Shown: piece by piece, positions 13,350 to 25,804 of the stretch
Numbering within the stretch: position 1 is the first letter of the stretch
Layout of the letters: every line of letters starts with the position of its first letter
From: Spizellomyces punctatus DAOM BR117
Lineage: Eukaryota
DNA: 64,000 nt
NCBI GenBank assembly: GCA_000182565.2
Contig: KQ257454.1
Reading direction: 5' to 3' (one strand)
Notes under the pieces: model-generated
The model's input: the letters and a program-made list of their open reading frames with translations, nothing else
Told to the model about the DNA's origin: nothing
Databases searched by the model: none
Position numbers and translations under genes: made by a program

Positions 13350-14948
13350 TTAAACCCAAACTTTAAGCTCCGCCTCGGGAACGTCGCACACCAAAGTCCC
13401 TTGAACAGCACTCCGACCTGCTCCCTTTCCATTTCCAACCACAAATCCACCCTCACTGCCCGCACACAAAATGCTTGATATGGTTGCGTCAGTCTCTGGC
13501 GTGGACGGCGGGCTTAGAGGTGCGGAAACATCTGATACCACAAATTGGACAATGGGGCCTGAAGCCGGAGAGTGTACTTCGGCTCGTCCTATGCGCTGCA
13601 TAAACTATATGCAGGAGATGATCAACTTTGCGTCGGCCCAGCTCATGCTTTTCTACGCGTACCTGGACTCTCATTCCCAGACACAGATCCTTGACTGTAT
13701 CAATTGCTAACGTTCCCTTGGAAGGATCACCGCCCGTAATGCGGTATACCGTCGAATCCTAAAAGACATGTACCTGAATCAATGGCTGGTACGGTGCAAA
13801 AATAAGGCGGGAAACAATAGGTCAAACATACATCTCCTTGAGAAACTTTCAAAAAGAGCTGTTGATCGGAATCGACCCCTGCACTCATTTCCCTGCCCTT
13901 CATGCAGGACAAGAGTTCTTTGGCCGCGTTCGATCCGTCCAAGCTCAAGATGATGTTTCCGCGACAGCTAACATAAACATTTATTATGTGGCGTTCTCGA
14001 TTGTCGACAATTGGGAATTACCCACCTCGTAATGACCAGCTCCTCGCCCAACACTTGCAAACCTTTATACTCCACGCTTGACGTCGGTTTCAAAGCAGGT
14101 GCAATCAAAGCAGCACCCACAACTCCACCATCCAGCACGCGATCGTTGAAAAACAAAGTGTGCGGGTGTCCGGTGATGAAGGGTGTCATGGATCCAACAA
14201 GTCCAATCTGATCATCGTGGTGATGAATACTTGCTGATCATGAGAAGATACAGTCTGAAGCCTTCCAACTCACTTTAGACGTGGATGGGAAGTACTCATC
14301 CAGGCTTTGGAGAAGGTGATGAGGTTCTCGGTCCGAAAATGTGAGCAGCATGTTCACTTTCTCTCTACAGGACAGTTGTTAATTACGAATCTAAGATGTT
14401 CTTGAACACAGGATGGATTCAACTTACTGCTCCCCTTTTAATCTCTCTAACGCATCCGGCAATAGTCCTTTCCCTCCACCAGTGGAAACACTCCAAAAGT
14501 CCTTCACGTCAAACCCATCGGCCTCCGACACTTTTCTCCCAAACTCTGGCCACCGCCCCACTGCCTTACTCTTGACCCTCCGCACATCCTGTTCATCTAC
14601 AGTGAAACCGACGCACTTTGTCTCTGGGTGGAGAAGCGCGATACTCAGCCCTGGTTTGCCAGATATTGAATCAACAATAGTGCCCATTAGGGTGGTAGGA
14701 TGGAGAGAGGATGAAATGATTCGGGGCAACTGGAGGAGCTGGTCACCGGGGTAATGCGGGGTGGCGAGCACGACACAAAGTGGTGATGGTACTGTTGGGA
14801 ATGGGTATGCGGATTGTTGAGCAGTCAGACATGACGCGACCGCTTTAGAGAGAGAGCTGGACGTTGAGGTAGTAGTTGTCCATAGGGAGCGTACATTGTG
14901 GTGACCGAGCTTGCGCTTCGTGGGGAAAGATGCAAGTGTCTTGAGCAT
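13350..14948 (-). CDS. FIST-domain-like protein with probable mitochondrial presequence, multi-exon
   Basis: Basic Ser/Thr-rich N-terminus, then exons IGLVGSMTPFITGHPHTLF, ITRCRGNIILSLDG, RITGGDPSKG and AGSEGGFVVG, resembling fungal FIST-C proteins. Confidence 0.6.
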
Positions 14949-15507
14949 GGTGAGACGATCTGGCGGCGATCTGTCAATCCCAGCAATCCCACCGCGACCA
15001 ACTGCTATGGATTAAAGACATGGCTCTTTTGCATGTGCAAAGGCGTTCGACTCCAATAGAAGGCATTTCAAGATTTCAATACCACCGCATTTACGGTTTG
15101 CTTGGACAGTCCTTGTTTGGACAGCCCTTTCTTCTGTTGGTCGTTATCTTACAGATATTCACAACATTGTACATGTCAGGAAACAGCACATCTAGCTGGA
15201 ATGTACCCATGAAAAAAGGGACTCTTGGTCATATCAACTCCGAGTTTGTGTGGTCTGCAACCAGACGGTGCTTCATTTCATCTATCCACAAGGTACGATA
15301 TGTGTTTTGGAATCATTTGCTGTCGTCCAACCAACTGCTATCAACAAACACCTCCCTCCTATGGGCATTCAAACACATGATAACAAATGACTCATCCATA
15401 TGAGATAATGATCCCGTGACCTGCTAATTGCGAAATGACGCCTCTCTTTTGCCAACCAATCGCCTAAATGCACAGCTGACCATCAAATAGACACACACAG
15501 TCTCGAG

Positions 15508-15514
15508 TATAAAA
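15508..15514 (+). promoter_or_regulatory. TATA box upstream of the subtilisin gene
   Basis: TATAAAA about 215 bp upstream of ATG 15724, followed by a pyrimidine-rich leader. Confidence 0.5.
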
Positions 15515-15723
15515 GGGCCCCCGTCTTGCGCCCCCGCCTTGCACGCATCCTCATTACCGTTTTCTTATCGCTCTGCTGCTTATACTTGCCTATATTACTG
15601 TTTGAATAGAGTCCTTGTCGTTTCTGCCAAGTTCTTGTTTTTTGCTTGTCCTATAGTTTTTGTTTGCCCCCGTACATAGATACATACCCTTGCTTAACAC
15701 CGTCCAAAAAAGCGTCGTTCACC

Positions 15724-17383
15724 ATGCGCGTGCGTCTCGCCAGCCTTGCCGCCTTTTTTGTGGCCTCGACCGTAGTAGTGGCCAACCCGGTGCCTGTCGA
15801 CAACCTGGTCGGTGCTGCTGTGCCTGAACAGTACATTGTTGTGTTCAAGGAGGGAATCAATGAGCAGGCTCGTAAGTGACGTGTCGCGTAATCTTGTGAC
15901 GTGTACAATGTCCTCATAGAATGTCGCAGTCTCTTCCCACTGGAACTGGCTTCAGACCACGATTACTCCCGGTCCGCAGCTCTCTGTTCAACAAGTGTCT
16001 GATTCCGGCGTGACGCTCTCGCTGGGCAGTTCTATTGGCATATACGGTGTTAAGCATCAGTACGACTTTGGAAACTTCAAAGGATATTCTGCGAGATTGC
16101 CTGCAGACGTTGCCAAGGCTCTATCGGTAAGCGTCACAGGGTCGTTGTGACTCGGGAATCGCAAATGTTTTATACCAACGATGTTGCGACTGTAGGATGA
16201 TCCGAATGTGGCGTACGTGGAAGAGGACAAGATTGTTAGTATTCTTGGATCACAGAAGAACCCGCCATCATGGGGATTGCAGCGTATTGACACACGAAAG
16301 CTACCCCTCACAAAGACGTACGAGTATCCCGACTCTGCTGGAGGTAACGACCTATGATTTCATTCGCTCTGTCAAATACATGCACTAACTGTGGTCTTGT
16401 ACTTTCAGAGGGTGTTGACGCTTACGTCATTGACACTGGCATCTTCATCGACCACCCAGAGTTTGAGGGCCGTGCTCGCGTTGGAAAGAGCTTCACCACT
16501 GACGGCGAAGCCGATGGAAATGGCCACGGTACCCACGTAGCCGGGACAATTGGATCAAAGACGTATGGAGTTGCAAAGAAGGTTAACCTGATTGCTGTCA
16601 AGGTGTTGGATGCGCGTGGATCAGGAACGACGTCAGACGTCATTGCCGGTATTGAGTATGTTGCACAGACTGCGCCTAGTTCTGGACGCAAGTCGGTAGC
16701 CAACATGTCATTGGGCGGCGGTGCATCAACCACTTTGGATCGTGCCGTGCAGGCCGCTATCCGGGCCGGCGTTGTTTTTGCCATTGCCGCGGGTAACTCT
16801 GGTCGCGACGCATGTTTGTTGTCACCTGCTCGGGTCCCTGAAGCCATCACTGTTGCTGCATCTGATAACACCGACCGTCTCGCCTCCTTCTCTGAGAAGG
16901 GCACTTGCGTTGATATCATTGCGCCTGGTGTTGACATTACATCCACGTGGAACAATGGGCGTACCAACACCATCTCGGGAACCTCCATGGCCACCCCACA
17001 CGTTGCTGGTGTTGTTGCCTTGGCTCTTGCTGAGGGCAACTTTTCCAGCCCGGCGGAGGTTGAGACATATTTGAAGGTCGTCGCCTCCAAGGACAAGATT
17101 TCTGGCAACCTTGCTAGAACACCCAACAACTTCCTCTACAATGGCGTTACTGGTGGCAAAGTCCCTGACGATGAGCCTGCAGAACCTGCCCCCTTGCCTC
17201 CAAACGACCCTGAGCCAGACCCAGGAGAAGGTGTCTGCCCCTTCCCCCAGTGTCTCTTTGACCCTGCGTAAGTCTTTCGCATTACTTTTTTCATTTTGTG
17301 ACATTGCTGACCTGTCGCTCACTATTAGTTGCACCGAATGTTGCATTGACTGCTTGTGGAATGGCAAGAGCAAGCATGCTTGA
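15724..17383 (+). CDS. Secreted subtilisin-like serine protease (S8A, proteinase K subfamily) with I9 propeptide and Cys-rich tail, 5 exons
   Basis: Signal peptide MRVRLASLAAFFVASTVVVA, propeptide QYIVVFK, PSWGLQRID, and catalytic motifs VIDTG, HGTHVAG and GTSMATPHVAG. Confidence 0.95.
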
Positions 17384-17573
17384 GGAGAATGGATATATGT
17401 TTGATGGGACTGTGTATTCTTAGTGATTTGACGTGTGTGTTATGCAATGACCTCCAAAAGGGATTGATTAAAGATACAAGGCCTCGTTTTTCTGACTTGT
17501 GACAAAGTGCACGCATGATTTGTTATCCAATGGGCTGCCTTTTGGCGGAAGGCAGGCCATCCACAGGTCTTGA

Positions 17574-18122
17574 TCATCTCGTCTTGCTCGATTTCTGTCT
17601 AAGCACCTTTACCCATTTCAACCTTGTTCCATGACTTATCCCGGCCTCGACAATATTTTGTCCATCATTGTCCAACTTCCTGCCATGCCCAATAATGACG
17701 AGGGCATGTCGCTTCCACACACCCTTCCAAGATATTGCCCTTGTTCGTCCAGCCTCTGTCAAAGCGAGATGCTCAAATGCCTGTCGCACCAAACGTTTTA
17801 CATCTAGCACAGTATGTGCTTGATTGACAATAATGTCTACCAAATGGCATTCAGCTTGGCTTGGGAGAAGAACAATATCCTTTTGAATGCGTTGGCATGT
17901 GCCCTACATACGTAAAGGGGGTAAAGAACCACGTTCCACAGACACTTGGAAAGCTTCTCCTAACTCAAGAGCGACCAGCGCATTGACTTGTGCAAGGGTT
18001 GGATTCTTTGGGAGATCCGCCAGAAGCTGATCAGCCAATAGTGACTGTATGCGCTCTTCCAAAACCGCCTGACCAACGTTCTGGTTTCTGACGTTTGAGG
18101 GCGTGAGGAGCGATGATGGCAT
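17574..18122 (-). CDS. SNRNP25: U11/U12 snRNP 25 kDa protein (ubiquitin-like fold), 2 exons
   Basis: LLADLPKNPTLAQVNALVALELGEAF, TVLDVKRLV and ISWKGVWKRHAL match SNRNP25 family motifs (L.DLP...T, ISW..VW). Confidence 0.85.
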
Positions 18123-18456
18123 CCCGGTCCTTTTACAAACGACTCATCCGTTCCGAACAGTAATCAAGGAGCGATGAGTAAAAAGTAAAAACGATGACAA
18201 AAGGACGAAATGCGCGGACGCGGATGGACGAAATTTGCCGATCATTTTATTCACGTGAGTCTCTGCTCAAGATGTGGTTTTGAGCTTTAGAGCTTGGAAA
18301 TAGCCCAGGACATTTGAGCCCATTCTCGTCCTCGTTGCCTCTGATTTCAGTGGATAAACTTTGCAGCGAGCGAGCTCGGATTTGTTGCTGCAATTTGTGT
18401 ACTGACAGCTTGAACACTGCCAGTTTAGAGAGCATTGGTGAATTAGTCGCCAAAAC

Positions 18457-20528
18457 ATGTCTCGCCCAATTCTCTTCAAGAACGTTGCCTACTTTGGAGG
18501 ATCCGACTTTGACTTTGTCTCTAAAGGATCTATCCGCATCGAAGGTGGCCGGATCGTACAAATAGCTCCTCAAACGGCTGAGGTGAATGGTGTGAACGGT
18601 GTTACGGATCACGACACTTTGGTGGTCGACGGTACTAGGTATTTGGCACTACCTGGTCTGATCAATGCTGCGTTGTCGATAGCTGCACCGAGCAAGGATG
18701 AGATCCCTGAAGAAGTGTACGAGGCCTTGGACTTGGTATGCGTTTGTTAAATTTAGTACCTTATGTTGAAATGGATTTGCGAGGGCAGGCCTGGTGTTGG
18801 CTATCTAGAGCAAAAATGCTTGATGTGCTGCCCAACTCTAGCCTGCCTGTACAGGGATGATTGCCTAGTAACAATAATCTAAACATTTATTGCTTCGTTC
18901 TAATGTAGTCAACGCATGAGCTCAAGGACGACGCGGTGTCCGTCTTGTCAGAAGCTGTAAACTACGCCGTCCAAACAGGAACGACCACAATAGCACTATT
19001 GGCAGACGGTACAACAACAAAGCCCTTGGATCCAATTCTGGCCACCTCTCCGGCGCTCCAACAATGCGTTTTACCCTTCATTGCGGAACCCCGAAATCCA
19101 GCAGCCTACATGCCCGTCGACACACGACCAGAGTTGGTAGAGATTGTTCGGGTTGGACCGCATAGATACACAGCCAAAATGGCTGAGCCAGCTGTGAAGA
19201 GTGGAAAAGTCAATGGAGTGGTGCATGAAGGCCATTACAACATCCAATGTTCCCATACGGCCACTTCTACTGCTCAGGCTCAAGAGAAGGGTAAACCGAT
19301 CATTGCAACAGGCAATGTCCTCTTCAACTCTAGCAATCTGTGGAAAGAGCTTGAAAATCGCGCGCGACAACTCGTTGCCAGGTATACTTCATATCAGCAT
19401 ATCCTACTCGTGTCTCAGACCATTTACGCCTCTTTGCAGTAAGCAAGCAGACGAACGATCCCTAAAGGACCTACTTCGAGCTGTGACTGTCCACCCAGCG
19501 GAACTTCTCGGTCTTTTTGATGGCGGAGTCTTGCAAACGGGAAGCCGAGCGGACATCATTTTGATAAAGCTAAAGCCACATTGGCAACTTGACGCCCGAG
19601 GTACTTTTGTTTTGGTGCCCGTTTTTGCCATGCAAGGAATCTAATCCGGCAAATCCACTTAGGTGTCTTGCTGTCCCTGTTCCTCCATGGAAATGACCCG
19701 TCCCTGGTGCATGCAGTCTTGAAGGGTGGAGCGTTGCACTTTTCACAAGGGTCGCTAGCTACCGAGCTGCAAGCCGTGTCTCTGGCAAAGTACTACGCTG
19801 CGCCAAATCTGCCAGATACCACCAAAATCGATACGGGGTCTTGTGACTTTGACAGTGTGGAGGACGCGATTGAAGCTTTCCGTAAGTGCCGAATATGTTT
19901 CACTCGAGATCGTTTTATACTCACCCACTGCGGCATCTCAGGTAGAGGTGAGTTTATCGTCGCGATTGACAATGAAGACCGAGAGAACGAGGGCGACTTG
20001 ATCATCGCGGGTGAAGATATAACGGCCGAGAAAGCAGCATTCATGATCCGTTATACAAGCGGCGTGATTTGCGTATCGGTGGATGGGCAGCGATTGGACG
20101 AACTAGAGCTCCCTCTTATGGTTGAAAACAACACGGAAACATTGCGCACAGCATACACCATCTCAGTCGACTACAAACACGGTACCACAACTGGCATCTC
20201 AGCTGCTGATAGAGCGGCCACCATTCGGGCAATCGCCAACCCATCAGCCAAAGCCTCTGATTTCAATCGGCCGGGACATGTCTTTCCTCTTAGATCTGTC
20301 CCAGGGGGAACACTAAAGCGTGTTGGACATACTGAGGCGAGTGTCGATTTTGCCAAGCTGGCTGGCAAGCAAAAGGTCGCAGCGATTTGCGAAATTGTCT
20401 TGGATGATGGTCGGATGGCGAGGAGAGATGATTTGCGGGTGTTTTCAAAACAGCATGGGTTAAAGATGGTGACAATTAGTGATTTGGTAAAGTACAGGGT
20501 TGCGAATGGCTTGGGTGAGGATTGGTAG
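18457..20528 (+). CDS. RIB3: Fusion: degenerate amidohydrolase-fold domain plus 3,4-dihydroxy-2-butanone 4-phosphate synthase
   Basis: C-terminal half has Rib3 motifs DNEDRENEGDL, TTGISAADRA, RPGHVFPL and GHTEASVD. N-terminal exons 18457-18735, 18909-19381, 19440-19600 and 19663-19881 splice in phase into it and show amidohydrolase beta-sandwich and barrel motifs. Confidence 0.88.
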
Positions 20529-20779
20529 ACTGTTTTAGGGACTATTTGATACGTAGCCATCGGACATAGGGTTGGAGGTAGCTCATAGAACCGGCACTGC
20601 TTCACTTTCTTATTTCGTTATCTAATGCTTGCATTGATCATTTCTGTTTCATATTGCTCTGAGACATTTTCATTCGTATGTCGAAGCTGATGCTTCACTG
20701 TCGTAGGATAATTTTTGTACAGGAGCAAGTGACACCTGCAAATCAAGTCTATCATTGGCTGAAATATGTACAGATTATT

Positions 20780-22379
20780 CTACAATATGAACGCTTTCCG
20801 CGTAGTAGACATGTGATACTGCAATCCAGTACGCGGACAAGTGACCACACCGCCATTTTGAGCCGCCATTTCCTGCAACGACTACAAAAGAAAAAGGGTA
20901 AGCACAACCAAGGCTTCGCAACTCGACTCTAAGCCCAGTCACAGACCTGTGCACTGTACACATAACCATTGGGCAGCACCAGCGGTGGATTGTCCTCATC
21001 CATAATAACACCCGATATACGATCCACAATGCATGAATTAACGTGATGAGCATTCGGCAAGTCCTCTGCAAGCACGCCAAATGTGTCGCCAGCGCATATT
21101 GGGCAATTGATAGCATGGTCACCTTCGTGGTAGCACATTGGCGTTTTCAGTGCAGACAGACCGGCTTGGAGAGTCATGGTTAGAAGCGGTTGGGAAGTAA
21201 GATTGTGAAGAGCGTGGTTGTCAGCGTGGAATTGTTCGATGAGAGCATCCCAGCGGGATTCGTCGAATAGATCCTAATGGCATGGCCAAAATGAGCGAGT
21301 TTGTTGGAACGAACAAGATACGCCAAGTATCGGATTGGACAAGGGTTTACCCGATAGGCATCGCAAGACGTATCAGGGGAAAAGGCTAGCAGAGCCATTG
21401 CTTGCTGAATCTCCTTCATGTGGGTCACATGCCAGGCAGTCAGATACTTCCGGGAATATTTGATGGCTTCCTCCTTTTTTTGTTGTCGAACGAGTTCAAT
21501 GTATTCTTGTAGGCGGATATTGAACTCTAGCGTGCTCTGAGAGAGTTATGAGCAATAGAAGGAAAGGACTGCTATGAGCTACACATCAGTACCTGAATTT
21601 TCTCGAGACTAGACCGATTGTCTGTACACCAGCGGAGACACTCTGTACAGTTTCTGTTTTTCAAAGCCTCCTCTACCTGGCGCGACTCTGCAAAAAGCTC
21701 TATATCGACTAAATCCTATGGGCGCAACAGAGGGTTACATCATGATTAAGTCTTGGATGTAAAGAAAAAGACCTCCTTACCTCAATATGAATTTCGCTCG
21801 CGAGTCGTTTAGCAGTCTCACTATAGCCCTGTCTCAGCATGTAATCCACCAATACCCTATCCAATCTCGTTTGACTCCATCGCGCGTATGCGTCGGATTC
21901 TGCATTCGGAATCGCCATGAGCTCATTGAGATGGTTTAACCGCGTTTTGGTGCGTTGGATATAGAGCTGCTCTTCGCCCTTTGTCTCTGACAGCTAAAAT
22001 GCCCTCAAGCCTGATGAGGATCTGATGACCGCAACATTCATACATCAAGACCGTTTGTCGAATACCTTTCGCTTGAGTTTCTGCAAACGCGTAACCATGT
22101 CTCCTAGGCTCTTGACAGCTTCATCCGGTGTAGTCTTCCCGGGTTTGGCTAGTTTGCCAACTTCGGATGTCACTTCTTTCATCACATACTCTACATATCT
22201 TTGGGAGGTACGAGCAGCCTTTTTGAGTTGTTCAGCGGGAACCTGAATGACGAATGCAAGTAAGACAAGGGTACAGGGAAAGTACGATATATGGGCCCGC
22301 CCATTGGAGGCTTACCGACCTTGAGCAAAGGTTGCTCCAAGCTTAACAATCCTTCATAGTTTAGACGAGCTTTGTCCAT
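20780..22379 (-). CDS. FYV10: GID/CTLH ubiquitin ligase subunit Fyv10/Gid9/MAEA (LisH, CTLH, CRA, degenerate RING)
   Basis: LLSLEQPLLK, WSQTRLDRVLVDYMLRQGY (LisH), LEFNIRLQEYIELVR, LQAGLSALKTPMC, NCPIC, PLVLPNGYVY and VTCPRTG. Confidence 0.92.
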
Positions 22380-23450
22380 TGGAGGAGGATAGACTTGACT
22401 ATCTCGTTATTTCGGAGATGCACACCGTCAGCCAAGCACGCGGATGTGTTGGTTTCGTTAGCCACGTGACTAGCCATCGGGGATCATCGCTGGAGACATA
22501 ACGTTTTATTTGGATATCGGAGTCGTTTATTGAAACAAGAGCAACCGGCATAAAGCGAAATATAGTGCTATGAGTTCATGGGCAGCCATAACTACTGTGT
22601 TACTAAGTCAGTACTGTGTAGATGAAAACGGGCAAATCAGAGCACCATCTGGGGTTATTCAACAAAGGAGTATAATCAGGCAGAGCACGAGCTAGAACAG
22701 GTCTGAATTGTTACTAGGTGGAATTCTAATGTCCTTAACATTAATGAAATGGTTCACAGTTAGCTCCATATTGTTCGTAGAGAGACAGTTCTTGGCCTCG
22801 ACTGATGAGGAAGATGTTTCCCGAAGAAGTGATATCAGCCGTCAGACAAGTGCTTCCTCCATCATATTAGACAGGATTATCCAACTGCACTGGAGGAGCG
22901 TCAGCTCGGAAAGCATGTATATAAGTCGTCCCAAAGGGCTTCCTTTTACATCAAAATACTTTGTCACTGACTTTACGCCGAAACACTTAAGTCTCATTTG
23001 AAATAGACCGTCTCCCGCAAAATGGACGGTGTATTTGTTCCATAAGCCTGCCCAATATTTCAATGAATTGTCATATGCGGTATCCAAGCTTTATCTGCCT
23101 GCGGTAAAAATCTTAAAAGCCATCCTGTTTTTCATATCGTCATCTGCAGGATCATGGTAACCAATTACTGGTACCTTTGACACCCTTCAGTAGATGCGTT
23201 CGAGTTTAGCTAGATATGCTTCAAGGCTGACACCAAGGAACAAAACTTGGTACTATGTACCTTGGCAGGTTGGCAATCCGTATTATGCAAAAGCCTTGCC
23301 GGCCCAAGTGGCGCAGGTAAACTCTGTACGCCACGATCAGTCCTACGTAAGCGGCGTGGTCGGTGGGAAAATCCCAAAAGCGTTCGCTTTCATCCCTTTA
23401 CATCCCTCGTATCGTTGTCAACATCTTGAAATCTGTTTCGCTTGAAAGCA

Positions 23451-24260
23451 ATGGGTGACGTTTCAGGAACGATGCAAATGGCTCCCATCTTCACTGAGGA
23501 AGAAGACCTTGAGCTCCGCGATGTGGGGTTACCCTGGTCGATGACCCCGTCCTGCAGTATTGCTTATCCTTATTACTTCATAGATCTTGGGAAACATCAA
23601 TCAGGTCTGTGCCAAAGAGTGTTTGGCTCCATGTAGACCAGGCACATTGCCCTCGTCATTGGCCCATATCTTGGCAAAGCGATTTATTGTGGTACATCTG
23701 GGAATTATCAAACTTTCCCATTTGATCTTGCTCTAATCCAGCATCGCCTATGCTGACATAGGAGCGTGGACAGTCGTGGTTTCACAGTGTCAAAGATACG
23801 AGAAGGTGAAACAAAACACCTCATACACCTTACTCAGTCGCCTTACCTGCTTTGACTGCTCAGACGGTTAATCTATCTTAAGAGCAAAGAGGACACACCG
23901 GCGATTGACTTGGAGACCTTAAACTCCCTCCGCAAGTCAGCCAAAAGGTGCGTCGCATCTCCCCATCGGAAAAGTGCTACTGATAACCTCACATACCGAA
24001 TCAGATGTACACGTAGACTATTCCAAAAACAAAGTGAGGAATTTTCCCATGGACATGAGAGCGAAACCAATAGTGGAACGCCGGTCCTCAGAAAACGAGC
24101 TCGACTCACCAGCATCAAATCACCAGGAGACAGCCTTTTGACGGGGCGAAAAACTGAGGCTGGGGCTATGCGACGCGCACTGTCGCTGACGATGGTGGAG
24201 GAAGATCTTACTGAAGACGAGCTAGATTGTGACCAAGCATTGCCGCAGATTCTCTATTAG
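23451..24260 (+). CDS. Hypothetical protein with possible Myb/SANT-like N-terminal motif; 5' end uncertain
   Basis: Four exons splice in phase: ...PIFTEEEDLELRD|ILGNINQ...KRFIV|ERGQSWFHSVKDTRR|RLIYLK... continuing into ORF 23910-24260. Confidence 0.5.
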
Positions 24261-24375
24261 GCGTGTTGATAAACCTTTATGCTACCTATGGTCCGCATCT
24301 AGTAGTATGCTGAGCAAAGTAAATACATGTCAAATGCTAGCTATTTACAAAGAAATGATAATCCTCGATCCTGGT

Positions 24376-25804
24376 CTAGGGTTTTCTTTTCTTGTACTTT
24401 CTTCGAAACGCTTTCGAGTAGTCAGTTCCTCCAGGTATAACAAAGAAAGTACAGACACCGTCAATGATCTGGTAATCCGGATGCTTCAAAATGTCCAGGA
24501 GTCTCAATTTGTTCCCTACACGCAGCAGCTTTGGGGGGTTCCCTTCCACCTGCGCCTCAAAATACACCTCCAACCGATCCGGTGTATAGGTTTGTTCAAC
24601 GTCCCAGCCCGGCCGCTCCTCGCCAAACATGAGTTGAAGATGGTCCGCAAAAGTGTCCTCTTCGTGGAAGGCAGCAATCAAATCCGATTCGTTGTACTGG
24701 GGATAGAGCAGGACTACCGGCCAAGTCAGCGCTCCAGTAACTGGATCTAATTTCACACGGTGATCCCCTTGTAAAGGGTGAGCTATTATAGGTTGGTGTT
24801 CCGCGTCGGAATCTTCGTCATCCCGTTCCACTTGCTCGCGGCTCACCATTTTGATTCCACGCAACTGTCATTGTCACGCGTCCCAATCAGGCTTTGTCTT
24901 ATTGTATCAGAATGAACATCGACAAACCTTGATGGCTTCCTGTAATCTCGAATCATCCTCTTTTCTTTTCGCTTCCTGTTCCTGCCGCTTTTTTTCCGTT
25001 TCATCCAAAACTTGCTTTCGCTTCAGGACCTTTTCCTTTTCCTTTTTCAGCGCAGCATTATCGGCGTCTACCTAAATATCATCTATTAATAAGAACTCCC
25101 AAACTCTGGTGCGCATTCAAGACCACACCTTCAAGCCTCGCTCGCAGCAGTCCAGCGCTTCCGGGATTTTGTCCAACGCCAAAAGCGCCTTTGCTGACCG
25201 GTAATAAGCTTTGACGTTCTCGGGCTGCAATGTTATCGCGGCTGCACAGTCATTCAAGACTTTGCGATAGTTACCTGTCCAGCGAATATTGTTAATATCC
25301 GACGTAAAAGACTGCCAACTGCCGGTGTATCCAGGATGCATACCAAGCTCTAGGTTTACGGCAGCGCGGTTGGCATAAATCGTAGCATTCAGCTTTGCAT
25401 CGTCCGCTTTCTGGTCTAATGCTTTTGTGTAATAGTTTATGACATGCTTGTATTGAGAGCGGCCTCCTTGAAAGCACTCGTTGCCTTGATTTTTGAAGTT
25501 GGTTGCAATCTCTATCTCATACACAGGTTTCAGCCAACATTTCAAGGATCCAGAAGATGTGCTTTTTCAATCCTTTCACATTGCCCGCACCTTCTGGGGT
25601 ACCATCATAGATCAGAGAGTGGAGTGCAGCCAAGGTTTCATTCTCTTCCATATCCTGCTCCGTTGGCATAGTTTTCATGAACAGAGGAGTCTTCATGAGA
25701 TCTTCCATAAATTTATCATGATTGTCATGATGCTTCATTTGTGGGCCGGCAGGCAATGAAGCCGGCGGCGATTCCTCGTCTAGGATCTCCTTGATAGTCG
25801 GCAT
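24376..25804 (-). CDS. CNS1: TPR co-chaperone Cns1/TTC4
   Basis: LMKTPLFM, ALHSLIYDGTP, NFKNQGNECF, YANRAAVNLELGNYRKVLNDC, and C-terminal WPVVLLYPQYNESDLI. Confidence 0.92.

Noticed and set aside
16422-17129. 235-aa antisense ORF over the subtilisin, and similar antisense ORFs over the coiled-coil genes
   Set aside because: Shadow frames caused by sense-strand codon bias, with no family motifs.
17875-17883. ATATCCTTT, the U12 AT-AC donor consensus, inside the SNRNP25 gene
   Set aside because: It lies on the + strand, antisense to the gene. The actual intron is ordinary GTATGT...TAG.
22732-22759. TCCTTAAC U12 branch-like sequence followed by CAG
   Set aside because: No U12 donor upstream and no supported exons around it.
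23300-23320. GPSGAGK Walker A-like peptide
   Set aside because: Followed by Leu rather than Ser/Thr, and the frame closes soon after with no NTPase context.
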